Shown: in pieces, positions 52,254-64,000 of the stretch | How the letters are laid out: each line of letters opens with the position of its first letter | How positions within the stretch are numbered: the first letter of the stretch is position 1 | Source: Eledone cirrhosa | Taxonomy: Eukaryota | Length of the DNA stretch: 64,000 nucleotides | Assembly (NCBI GenBank): GCA_964016885.1 | Contig: OZ024747.1 | Span: forward strand, 85,064,001 to 85,128,000 | Direction of reading: 5' to 3' | Program-made: the position numbers and the translations under genes | The notes under the pieces: model-generated | The model's input: the letters and a program-made list of their open reading frames with translations, nothing else | Database searches by the model: none | Told to the model about the DNA's origin: nothing

Positions 52254-53021
52254 TTAGTGACTCTGATCTACATTTCCCGAAGCTGAATATTTACATGGAG
52301 GCCGGCAATGTTTTGCCTTATCCGCGAAGGTGGCATGAAACCAGCACAATGATGGGTTGCTGGCGGGCGAAGTAGTACGGCGACGTGGAGTCGTGAAAGA
52401 ACGCGAACAACTCCTAGGCCGCCGGAAATACGGCCTATTCTCCCTGCATAATCGAGTGACTTGCTGCATCAAAGCGTCAATAGCCTTCAACATGGCATCC
52501 TCACGTGTTGAGATGGGCTGGTTCGAATGTGAGGAAGCAATATGCGAGTCCGAGGCGGTAGCCTTTTTAGAAAATTCCACGATTCGATCAGCGTAGGCAT
52601 CAATTTGCTCCAAAGAGCTGGTGTCCACTATATTTGCCAAAATAATTTGGACGTTGTTTGGCAGGCGAGAGAAAAATAGTTTCTTTATGAATGGGCTATC
52701 TTCGTCGGTTGAGTCGCTGAGGTCCCTGATGTGTCGCAAAAATTCAGACGGTGTTCTGTCACCTAAACACACGTCATCCAACAATGAACGAAATCTGCTT
52801 TCAGCAGAACGACTGTTCCTTCGAAGAATTTCTTCCCGCAACGAATCATAGGAAATACTGGCCGACGGGTTCGTAATCAAATCTTTCACCGTTATAGCAA
52901 TTAAAAAATTGAGCTTCTGCTCGGTTTTCACTTCGTTCGCAGCAAAATAAGCGTCCAGCAGCGCAAACCAGAGTTTAGTATCACCTGAGAACGCAGGCAA
53001 ACCAGGACCACTCATCGTCAA
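52254..53021 (-). CDS. Gypsy gag
   Basis: LPAF...LWFALLDAYF, LGDRTPSEFLR and the C-terminal CWFH...C..PC knuckle typical of this gag group. Confidence 0.85.
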   Translation of the reverse strand: MTMSGPGLPAFSGDTKLWFALLDAYFAANEVKTEQKLNFLIAITVKDLITNPSASISYDSLREEILRRNSRSAESRFRSLLDDVCLGDRTPSEFLRHIRDLSDSTDEDSPFIKKLFFSRLPNNVQIILANIVDTSSLEQIDAYADRIVEFSKKATASDSHIASSHSNQPISTREDAMLKAIDALMQQVTRLCRENRPYFRRPRSCSRSFTTPRRRTTSPASNPSLCWFHATFADKAKHCRPPCKYSASGNVDQSH

Positions 53022-53859
53022 TCTATTACCGCATGGACGAATAAAAGTAAGTAATGTTCAAAACTACGGGAAAACAGCACAATTGGTGGTATCTGTGATT
53101 CGAGATAGTCATTATGAAACAAGATGGCGTCACATTTCTTTTCCAAAACAAGGATATGGTCGCGTGACGAGGCTAAGCCAATCAGATGGCTGCATTTGAA
53201 GAAGAAAGACAATGTGCGAGAATGTTAGCTGGCCAGTCAGCCATTTTGAGAAAAAAATGTTTTTTTTTCTTTTTTGTGTAAGACGAACAATTTTCAATAT
53301 AAAACGAATGGTGAAATTAAGCAGGTTGCGTTTTCATATTTAATCGTCGGGGTCACCACTTTAGGCGGGCGATGGTCATCAGTCATCGCGTCTAATTGGT
53401 TATTGTTTACTGGCACATAGTCAAACAAGGAAGAAGGAACATACCTCAATTTTATGTTATAAAAACATTTTTAATAGGAGCAATTACAGAATATATTCAA
53501 ATACATTAGTGCTCCTAGGTTGGGATATATTTAAGTCGTCATATACTGCCACATGGTGTGATGTCATCCTTTGGATCACTGCATGTAGATAGCACAATAG
53601 AGATAGCACGTCTATTGTTCCTGAGGAGATCATCATTTAATAAATATTGTTTCAGCTACTGACGTCAGAACTAAGGGCAGTTAATCGACTGCCTTCACAG
53701 TCGACGCTAGATGGCGTGATCTTCTACACATACACACACTTTATTTGCTATCTTCCTTGTAGTTGTATTGTTAACAGCATTCACCAACACTGATGTTGGC
53801 ATATATATACATTATTGAACAATAGGAAGGCTCTTTACCCCCAATCATTCCTTGCTGAA

Positions 53860-54725
53860 TCAAAAACAAATATTGGGATTTTGTTAGCCACACAGAAGAC
53901 CTTCAGCTTCTGATGGACTGCTTCTCAGTAGCCTGTGATGAGTTTGGGCTGACAATCAGCCTGAAAAGGACAGTGGGGATCTACTAACATGCATTTGTCA
54001 AAGTGAAAATATTGAAGGTTATGGATGTGTTCATCTACCTGAGTAGTACTCTCTCCAGACCTAGCACTCTGGATGAAGAGGTAAGCTACCAGTTGTCAAA
54101 GATTTCTGATACTTTTAGTAAGCTTTTAGTCAGATATCAATGTGTGCAGATATCATGTGCTTACAGTTGTGCTGTACGAATGTGAAGCGCGGACAACATA
54201 CTGTAGACATATCCAGCACCTCAAATGTTTCCACCAACAATTCTTGCATTCCATTCTCAAGATCACATAGAGTTCTCACACACCAGATATTGATATGCTG
54301 CAGTGGGCCTGTCTGCCAAGCATCAAGACCATGATCATGAAACAGTGTTTCCAGTGGTCAGGGCATATAGTATGCCTAGAGGTCAGCAGGTTCCCAAAAC
54401 AAGCTTTGTATAGAGAGTTGTGGCAAAGCAAATGCCTGCTATCACACAAGCACTTTAAAGATTGCATGAAGAAGTTCAACATCAACACCAAAACATTGAA
54501 AAATCTGGCAACAGACAGAGCCCAGTGGCAAAATCTAATTGCTACTGGTGTTAATGAGTTTGAAAAGAAGCAGAACTTCTATTCTGAAGCAAGCAGCTAA
54601 GTATATGGGGGATGTTAATCTGCTCTCAGAATGAGGTTTGAAAGAGACTCTTACTTGTGAGGGTTGCAGCCATTTATGTATGTCAAAGGCTGGGCTACTA
54701 AGTCATTTCAGAGGATCATACACAT
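53860..54725 (+). mobile_element. RTE/BovB-like LINE remnant
   Basis: Frameshifted FIYLSSTLS, QWSGHIV..FPKQALY and DRAQW segments, plus a terminal CxxC...SH zinc-finger remnant. Confidence 0.75.
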
Positions 54726-56173
54726 GGAAATAACACCTTTGAGTACCCCAAAGACTTTGATTTGGCATGTGACATCTGTACCAAAGTGTGTTACTCAGTA
54801 CATGGGCTAACACAGCAAAGCATGAATGAAAGAATTTTAGAACATTCAACCTTCCCCACTTTTTTCTGCCTTTCCCTTTGTCTTTCATGTATTCTAAATA
54901 AAAATCTTAGAATATTTTTGTGAGGTTGTGGAGTCTGCATTTAATAGATGGCTAAAAAATGCTGTAGTTGTTATAATATAGATTAAGATTAGATTATTTT
55001 ATATATAACAAACGTTTAAATTAGCTTTATATATTGAAGGCAACACAGAAACATATGCTGTGTGTACCTGATTTAGAATAGGTACACAATATCCCTTGAT
55101 GTCATAAGAGGTGACTAAAAGAGTTGGTGCCAGGAAGGGCTTTTAGCCATAAAACATTCCTTCGAAAAGGAGTCTATGATGACTGAAGACAGTCATTATT
55201 CCTGCAATCCTAATCTCTGCTTTAGCAGGAAAGTGGCCTGAAAACACTTAGTGTTGTTATACTGAATGCAACACATCCTTGTCTAAGTACCTCTAGGTAA
55301 AATTCCAAAGCCCTAATCACTGGAATCATAGAACTGCTTAAGTGACATTAAGCATTTAAACCTGGTGAAGTCTATCCTTCTTCAGGTTTGAGCACAGCTG
55401 ATTTCCTCTAGAGTGGAAAGGAACAGAAAGAAAATAAGAAAGATATGTAGAAGAAACCCAACCTTAGTATTTGACTGATACAAGGTTGGCAGAATTGGTA
55501 GAGCATCACATAAAATGCTATTACAGTATCTGGCTCTTTACATTCTAATTTCAAATTTCACTGAGGTTAACTGTGCATTTCATCTTTCCGGGGTCGATAA
55601 AATAAAGTACCAGTCAAATACTGGAGTTGATTTAATCAACTGTCCTTCTCAAAAATTTGCTGGCTTTGTGCCTAAATTAGAAATCAGTATTGAACAGGTA
55701 CTTTATTTATCAAGCTCGAAAGGATAAACGGGACCTTGGCAAGAAACAAATGCAGAGCAGAGAGAGTGGAGACAAATACTGCAAGGCAGGTATTTTATCT
55801 GATATTTTAACAACTACTAATCTGCCACATTCATTCATCTATATATGTAGGTCAGATCATTTTACCCACTGTCACTGTTGTATTGACATCCTGTATGAAT
55901 TTATTTAATTTCCCACTCCTTTTTTTCTTGTCACTAGGTAATGGCTAATATAATATTTGTTTCTACTTTTGGCACAAGGCCAGCAATTACCCAGTGCATT
56001 ACTGGTACTTTATTTCGTCGACCCCATGAGGATGAAAGGCAAAGTTAACCTTGGCGGGCTTTGAACTCAGAATGGCAAGGGACTATTGCTGTTGGAGAAA
56101 GACTAGTCAATTAAATTGACATCAGTACTTGACTGGTATGAAGGTGCATTGCTAAGTAGTTAGGAGTGTTTGT

Positions 56174-56766
56174 GAGTTCAACTACAGTGGGGGAGCTGTG
56201 TTCTTGAGCAAGACACTTTATTTCACATTTCTCCAGTCCAGAGTTCAACTACAGTGGGATGCTGTGTTCTTGAGCAAGACACTTTATTTCACATTTCTCC
56301 AGTCCAGAGTTCAACTACAGTGGGATGCTGTGTTCTTGATCAAGACACTTTATTTCACATTTCTCCAGTCCAGAGTTCAACTACAGTGGGATGCTGTGTT
56401 CTTGATCAAGACACTTTATTTCACATTTCTCCAGTCCAGAGTTCAACTACAGTGGGATGCTGTGTCTTGATCAAGACACTTTATTTCACATTTCTCCAGT
56501 CCAGAGTTCAACTACAGTGGGATGCTGTGTTCTTGAGCAAGACACTTTATTTCACATTTCTCCAGTCCAGAGTTCAACTACAGTGGGATGCTGTGTTCTT
56601 GAGCAAGACACTTTATTTCACATTTCTCCAGTCCAGAGTTCAACTACAGTGGGATGCTGTGTTCTTGAGCAAGACACTTTATTTCACATTTCTCCAGTCC
56701 AGAGTTCAACTACAGTGGGATGCTGTGTTCTTGAACAGGACACTTTATTTCACATTCCTCCAGTCC
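56174..56766 (+). repeat. 66-bp tandem repeat, 9 copies, derived from a CORE-type SINE
   Basis: Unit gagttcaactacagtgggatgctgtgttcttgagcaagacactttatttcacatttctccagtcca. The same tgttcttgagcaagatactt motif occurs singly at ~49225. Confidence 0.93.
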
Positions 56767-59533
56767 TCTCTGCCCAAAATTTTAGAATGTTTTTGGCTGA
56801 TTGTAGTGTTTGTGTGACAGACAAGTAAAAAGGTTGTGCAGTTATGATTATATAAATGTTTATGACTTGAGGAAGTTGGGTGTATTTAGTGTAACCAGAT
56901 ACAGTCTACTACTTTCTCAAAGAAAAATTTCCAAATTTAAATTTTGTTGCAGTTGACACTGATTTTCATCAGTCAGTTGGGGAAGGATTAATAAAATAAC
57001 TGCTGGAGTCAGCTATGGCTGTGTGATTAAGGAGTTTGCTTACAACCATATGTGGTTCAATCATGCTGTATGTCACCTTGGGCAAGTGTCTTCTACTGTG
57101 GTCTCAGGCTGATCAATGCCTTCGAAGAAGGAAATTGTGTGGAAGCCCGCTCTGCATCTCCCTGTGTGTGTGAGATAACTTAGCAGTTCGACAAATATAG
57201 ATTAATTACATAAGTACCAGACGTGAGAAAATTAGTACTGGAGGTTAATATGATTGACTAAATCCCTTCAAGGCAGTGCAGCAGCATGGTTGTACTCTAA
57301 TTACTGAAACCAGTAAAATAATAATACACACACACAGCATATTTCCAGGCCTATAAGATGTTCATTTTTTTCTGGAACTACTCTTCAATTCAGCCTGTAT
57401 TCAATCCCTAAAAGTTCAAGTTGTAGAGTAGTCTTTGAGAGCTGAATTCTTATCCGACTAGAACTCTTATTTAAGCCCATAATCAATCCTACCATTTGGC
57501 TAACTAAACAGTTGTCTAGAATGCAGACCTCAGACACATTAACGAACCTTAAAAGATTATTGTTTTACACAAATTTCTACAATTAAATTAAATATATTAT
57601 AACTTTCTGTGATCAGTACATAAATCACTGAACATATTTGTGCTGTAGTAGTGTTGTGGACATATCCAAAGCAATGCAAAGGGCTGTATGGTATTATGGT
57701 AACATGATTTGGTGTGGGTGACTGTGGACTGTGTAGTAGAAAATACAGACCTAGTAATTTTTTAATGTAATCAGAATAAGAAGAGTCTAAAACTAGGCAC
57801 ATCAGTTTTCTAAACTGTAAGTTGAAAGTATTTTATTTGGGAGAATTGGACACATAACTGAGAGAAGGGAACACGCTTTGTAGGGTTAGCCAAGGGCACT
57901 TAATACCCAGGTACTGGCTTTGTGTATACTTCCAGTTATAATTCACACATAATAAATGTGATTACCCATATTATATATCTAGGGCTTTTATTTTCAGTGG
58001 CTGACAATACCTTACTGACACCACTCGAATAAGATAATTATTTAACCCATAAATGGGGCCCTAACAGGTACTAATACTCCAGGCCAGAGCAGACCTGGGA
58101 GTGATAACAACTAAGGGGTAACTCCACATTCCCCACAGCTCCTGAACTCCTGAACTGGAGCCTTGCCACTGGATGTAGTTTAATGTCATACCCAGGACAT
58201 ATATTATATATTAGCCATGAAATATGTATTGATGGTAACTATAAAACAGTCTGCAACAGTTGGCACTGATAACAAGGTGTTCTTTGTTTTGGTGTATGGT
58301 AAATTGACAATATTCATGCCTCACTTGCTATTTGTAGGCAACAAGAAGGACCTTCAAATTAGCCAACATGTGTTACCTATCAGTTTAGTTATTCAGTTAA
58401 TAACCCAGCCCCTGTGATGCTAAAATATGACAACTAAGCAGTGGAGACAGGGGTAACTCGTTGGTTTGACAAAAAATAAGTATTGGAAGCTCAACCATCA
58501 TCATCACCGTTTAGTGTCCATTTTTCCATGCTTGCATGGGTTAGACGAGTCGTCCAAGCCAGGAGGCAAGTATGGCCAGAGTTTGCCATGCTGTACCTTG
58601 CTCTGACGAGGACTGTAAATTTGGCTGGATATTTTACAGCTGGATGCCCTTCCTAACACCAACCACATTTAAAGTGTGGAACTGGATGGCTCTGTTGGTA
58701 GGAAGGACAGGCCAGTTGGCCGCACCGAACCCGTCTTACAATGTAGCCATAGTTTTGGAGCCTGACCCAGCTCACTGTGGAACCTGTGATTGATTAATTC
58801 CTTTCATTCAGCAGGGCCACAGTATAATGACAGAAACGAGTAAAAGAAATAGAAGAAAAAAATAGATAATTAGTTAGAAGCTATGAGTTGTTATGTGGTC
58901 AATTCAAATGATTGAAACCACTAAAGGAATAATTGTTTCTACTTTTGGCACAAGGCCAGCAATTATCCCAGTACATTACTGGTGCTTTATTTTATCGACC
59001 CCCATAAGGATGAAAGGCAATGAAATTCCTCAGCGGAATTTGAACTCAGACCGTAAAGGGCCGTAACTCTATGCTGCAAAGCACGGCATCCGACCCTCTA
59101 CCGATACTGCCAATCCACCACTAAGGAATAATATCAAACAACATCTCAACTAGGCAGCTGAGAGCAATAGTATGGACCACTGTTAACTATTCAACAAAGA
59201 AAATAAAGGATGGTTTTTTAAACTCTTTCATTAAGTAGTGTCTGTCATTCATTGGAAATATGATATGATTTTCAAATCATTTTGAAATTTTAATCAAGAA
59301 GTTGAAGGGGTTTAGTAATATAACTAACTTTCTCTTATTGATTTCAGCACAAGGCCAGCACATTTTGGGAAAGGGCAAAGTTGATTAAATCAACCCAAGT
59401 ACTTGACTAGTATTTTATTTGATCAACCACAGGAATGGAGAAAAGCAATGTTGATCTTAACAGGATTTGAATCAGGACAATAACATTTTGACGCTCTACC
59501 AATTATGTAGTTACACTCACACAGGTGGCCAAT

Positions 59534-60558
59534 TGGTAGAGTGGTTAGAACATCGGATAGAATGGTAGAGTGGTTAGAACGTCAGATAGAATGGTAGAGT
59601 GGTTAGAACATCGGATAGAATGGTAGAGTGGTTAGAACGTCAGATAGAATGGTAGAGTTGTTAGAACGTCAGATAGAATGGTAGAGTGGTTAGAACGTCG
59701 GATAGAATGGTAGAGTGGTTAGAACGTCAGATAGAATGGTAGAGTTGTTAGAACATCAGATAGAATGGTAGAGTGGTTAGAACGTCGGATAGAATGGTAG
59801 AGTGGTTAGAACGTCAGATAGAATGGTAGAGTGGTTAGAACATCGGATAGAATGGTAGAGTGGTTAGAACATCGGATAGAATGGTAGAGTTGTTAGAACG
59901 TCAGATAGAATGGTAGAGTGGTTAGAACGTCAGATAGAATGGTAGAGTGGTTAGAACATCGGATAGAATGGTAGAGTGGTTAGAACGTCAGATAGAATGG
60001 TAGAGTTGTTAGAACGTCAGATAGAATGGTAGAGTGGTTAGAACGTCAGATAGAATGGTAGAGTGGTTAGAACATCGGATAGAATGGTAGAGTTGTTAGA
60101 ACGTCAGATAGAATGGCAGAGTGGTTAGAACGTCGGATAGAATGGTAGAGTTGTTAGAACGTCAGATAGAATGGTAGAGTTGTTAGAACGTCGGATAGAA
60201 TGGTAGAGTGGTTAGAACGTCGGATAGAATGGTAGAGTGGTTAGAACGTCAGATAGAATGGTAGAGTTGTTAGAACGTCAGATAGAATGGTAGAGTGGTT
60301 AGAACGTCGGATAGAATGGTAGAGTTGTTAGAACGTCAGATAGAATGGTAGAGTCGTTATAACGTCGGATAGAATGGTAGAGTTGTTAGAACGTCAGATA
60401 GAATGGTTGAGTTGTTAGAACGTCGGATAGAATGGTAGAGTGGTTAGAACGTCGGATAGAATGGTAGAGTTGTTAGAACGTCAGATAGAATGGTAGAGTG
60501 GTTAGAACGTCAGATAGAATGGTAGAGTGGTTAGAACGTCAGATAGAATGGTAGAGTT
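59534..60558 (+). repeat. 29-bp minisatellite, ~35 copies
   Basis: Unit atggtagagt(g/t)gttagaac(g/a)tc(a/g)gataga. Confidence 0.95.
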
Positions 60559-62120
60559 TTTTAGAGTCAGGGATGTTTGGAATAAAAAGGATTAAAATAG
60601 TCTGTATGTGTCTCTTTACACATGTATTCTGTGTAGATTCACATATACCTAAAGGTCGACATACTATTAACATATCTGCATTGGTGTGTGTGTGTGTATA
60701 TATACATACATACACACTATATCTATATATACATACATACACACTATATATATATACACACTATATATATATACACACACTATATATATATATAAATATA
60801 TACACTATATATATACTACATATATATATACACACACTATATATATATATACACTATATATATATATATAAAGTCAGAGGATACACATACATATTTATGC
60901 ATATGCACAAATACATGTCTGTTTATTCTGCGCACTTATAATTTTATATATATATATACATATGTTTGTATGTATACAAATATAAATGAACATTTTCTTG
61001 TTCATATATAAATCTTGTGTGTGTGTGTATGGCTATTTATAAAAGCTATTGTGTTTCTCTTAGTTATGACCATTGAAAGTTCTCCCCATACCTGTAATTA
61101 ACCATAAATTACACATAATACTTTGAATGTCTGGTATCATTGCCACAGAAATGAGTCACTAAATAGTGTCCCTGTTGTCTGATTGGTCTACAACACAAGG
61201 TCAGTTATCTTGCAAGGCTCGTAGAATGACAATACTAATACTTTCTAGGTTTGTAGTGTTTCGAGGTGACTAGTTGCCTCATGGAGGATTGTGCAGTCTC
61301 TCTTGAAAAAGTATACATTGAGATTGATATGATTGACTAAATCCTTTGAAGGTGGTGCCACAGCATCTCCACAGTCTAATGACTTCAACAAGTAAAAGAA
61401 TACGGACTGAGTTCAAATCCCGCCGAGGTTAACTTTGCCTTTCATCCTTACGGGGTTGATAAAATAAAGTACCAGTAATACACTGGGATAATTGCTGGCC
61501 TTGTGCCAAAAGTAGAAACAATTATTACAGAGGGTGGTGGATTGGCAGTATCGGTAGAGGGTCTGACGCCATGCTTTGCAAGCAAAGAGTTACGGCCCTT
61601 TATGGTCTGAGATCAAATCTCGCCGAGCTTAACTTTGCCTGTACGGGGTTGATAAAATAAAGTGCCAGTTATACACTAGGATAATTGCTGGCCTTGTGCC
61701 AAAAGTAGAAACAATTATTTATTACAGACTCTAAATAATGATAATTAAAATAAATAAATGTTTATGAAATAATTTACATCCATTAGTTATGTGTTGACAT
61801 TTTAGGAAAAAAATAGAACAAAATAGAACAGATTTCCTTCACGCTGTATTTTCTGTATTTTCTGACCTGCCATTTCTTCATTTGACCCTCATGAAAAATG
61901 TTTTCAAAACTAAATTCTTTGTTATGACAGGTTTTTTTCTTCTTTTGAAAACTTTTACATATCACTTTCACAATTTTTCTCGTAGCAAAATTTGTCTGGT
62001 TTATACTATTTGTGTGGTAACCTATGCCGAAATCATTCATGATAAAAGGCAATCAATATATTTTTTTATTTGATTCATCAAACTGAATATTAAAGTACAA
62101 TTATTTTTCATTGTTAATAC

Positions 62121-63311
62121 CAAGGGTCGGCAACCCCCCGGCCCACGGGCCACATCCAGCCCGGGAAGGATTTTTGTCCAGCCCGCCAACAGGTTTCAAT
62201 CTTAGCCTAAGCGGTCCCTGAAAAAGTGCTCTGAATTATTTTGGATTAGAATACCGACTAGAGAACATGTCTAGCCACAAGACTCACTTGGCTGAACGTA
62301 ATGTTTTGCATGACAGTAACAAACAATCAAACTCATACAGATAGTATCTCATTAAACAATTTACCATTTCTGCCTGTATAATATTTGTAATAAGGAATGT
62401 CATTAAAGTAATATCACATAAAATTCATCGTTCTTTTTTATATCCCGGGATTAAGGTAGCCTTCTGGACAGCAGTTTTGATATCATGATTTTTGATATTT
62501 GATATCATGACCTAAGACATTGCATAGCTATGTGGCCTGCCAACAAGACACTGCATAGCTATGTGACCTGCCAACAAGACACTGCATAGCTATGTGGCCT
62601 GCCGACAAGACACTGCATAGCTATGTGACCTGCCGACAAGACACTGCATAGCTATGTGGCCTGAGACACTGCATAGCTATGTGGCCTGCTGACTAGACAC
62701 TGCATAGCTATGTGGCCTGCCAACAAGACACTGCATAGCTATGTGACCTGCCAACAAGACACTGCATAGCTATGTGGCCTGCCAACAAGACACTGCATAG
62801 CTATGTGGCCTGCCGACAAGACACTGCATAGCTATGTGGCCTGAGACACTGCATAGCTATGTGGCCTGAGACACTGCATAGCTATGTGGCCTGCTGACTA
62901 GACACTGCATAGCTATATGGTTTGCCGACAAGACACTGCATAGCTATGTGACCTGCCAACAAGACACTGCATAGCTATGTGGCCTGCCAACAAGACACTG
63001 CATAGCTATGTGGCCTGCTGACTAGACACTGCATAGCTATGTGGCCTGAGACATTGCATAGCTATGTGGCCTGCTGACTAGACACTGCATAGCTATATGG
63101 TCTGCCGACAAAACACTGCATAGCTATGTGGCCTGCCAACAAGACACTGCATAGCTATATGGCTTGCCGACAAGACACTGCATAGCTATGTGGCCTGCTG
63201 ACTAGACACTGCATAGCTATGTGGCCTGAGACACTGCATAGCTATGTGGCCTGCTGACTAGACACTGCATAGCTATGTGGCCCACACACTCCAAAAGGTT
63301 GCTGACACCTG
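62121..63311. mobile_element. hAT (Charlie-like) non-autonomous element carrying an internal minisatellite
   Basis: TIRs caagggtcggcaacc / ggttgctgacacctg; imperfect 8-bp TSD gttaatac / atttatac. Confidence 0.8.
62515..63281 (+). repeat. 31/25-bp minisatellite with palindromic core CATAGCTATG
   Basis: Unit agacactgcatagctatgtggcctg plus a variable hexamer (ccaaca, ccgaca, ctgact or none). Confidence 0.95.
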
Positions 63312-63852
63312 ATTTATACCATAATATTTTTAAAATTGTTAGTGTTGGAAAAGATTGCTAGCTTAACAACATGTCACTGGTCAGGCACATTTTCTTTCGC
63401 TACCTAATTTGTCTGTCTGTTCTGTATTTATTTTCTCATACATAAGTTGGCATTAAAAATTGCGGTCTTCTCATTTGCTTGTGCAAAACCACAAGCCAGA
63501 TTGAGAGTTGACGAGATCAGATGCATTTGTATTTTTATACCGTCTTTTAAAGTTTGTAACTTTAATTTTGACTCTTATTGTAACCTTAATCTCCACTTAT
63601 CTTCCTTTCTTCTTTATTTATCACACTCTTCTCTCAATCATCTATACATCTCATCTACCTTTCACCCACCTCCAAACTTTCCATCCCCCCTTAACGACCA
63701 CTGGCCACTGTTTTCTGTCCTTAAAGGTATTTTTGTCCAGTCTACGTGCTGATATCATTGACAGCATTTGGCTGTTTTAACAGCAGTTCCTTTTGTTCAA
63801 GTTTCCAACTATAAATTTCATATACATTTTATATATATATATATATATATAT

Positions 63853-63921
63853 ACGTGTCCTCCGCTGTTCGTTGTTTTGAATATCTCAGATATTCCAAAC
63901 AACGAACAGCGGAGGACACGT
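63853..63921. repeat. Palindrome, 34-bp arms, after (TA)n
   Basis: Symmetric about C63887 with one mismatch. Confidence 0.9.
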
Positions 63922-64000
63922 TTCGCACCTTTCCGACAGACCCCCCCCCCCCCCCCCCCGAAAAAAATCCCAGTTGATGGATGTGAATCCGAAATATATA

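Larger units (their letters stand above)
51223..53728 (-). mobile_element. Gypsy-type LTR retrotransposon, internally deleted (gag + protease only)
   Basis: LTRs at 51223-51604 and 53360-53728, with a 4-bp TSD CATA. PBS TGGTGACCCCGACG is complementary to the tRNA-Trp 3' end; the PPT-like GGTGGGAGGCCA abuts the 3' LTR. Confidence 0.93.

Noticed and set aside
56198-56828. Repetitive ORFs (also 25668-25970 and 34130-34444)
   Set aside because: By-products of tandem repeats whose unit length is a multiple of three, derived from SINE/LINE non-coding sequence.
62515-63281. CRISPR-like array of palindromic repeats
   Set aside because: The intervening sequences are 0-6 bp and recurrent rather than unique spacers; there are no cas genes; the context is eukaryotic and inside a hAT element.
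61783-63780. Possible transposase or gene remnants flanking the hAT element
   Set aside because: I could not recognise any motif with confidence; this needs a translated search.

Overview
AT-rich eukaryotic genomic DNA packed with (TA)n microsatellites. The SINE/LINE repertoire (Meta-domain and CORE-type SINEs, RTE LINEs with (GAT)n tails) points to a mollusc, most likely an octopod cephalopod; this is inference. One host gene is supported: a minus-strand ROCO-family protein (LRR-Roc-COR, MFHAS1-like) that splices to an extra C-terminal death domain. Its three coding exons are 20446-17329, 14921-14811 and 13287-13004, giving about 1170 aa. The rest is transposon-derived: RTE, CR1 and CRE LINE remnants, a Gypsy LTR element reduced to gag plus protease, Tc1 remnants, hAT/piggyBac/Tigger MITEs, a Helitron-type element, SINEs and TE-derived minisatellites. 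The most striking unannotated signal is about 13 type I hammerhead ribozyme motifs on both strands (CTGANGA-stemII-GAAA-stemIII-NUH with a pairable helix I), in about six sequence families. They sit in short non-coding cassettes next to (TA)n runs, are often arranged as inverted duplications, and most share a downstream GAGYRCTC-like motif. This fits Penelope-like pseudo-LTR or retrozyme-type elements. All structures were folded by eye; none was computed or tested.
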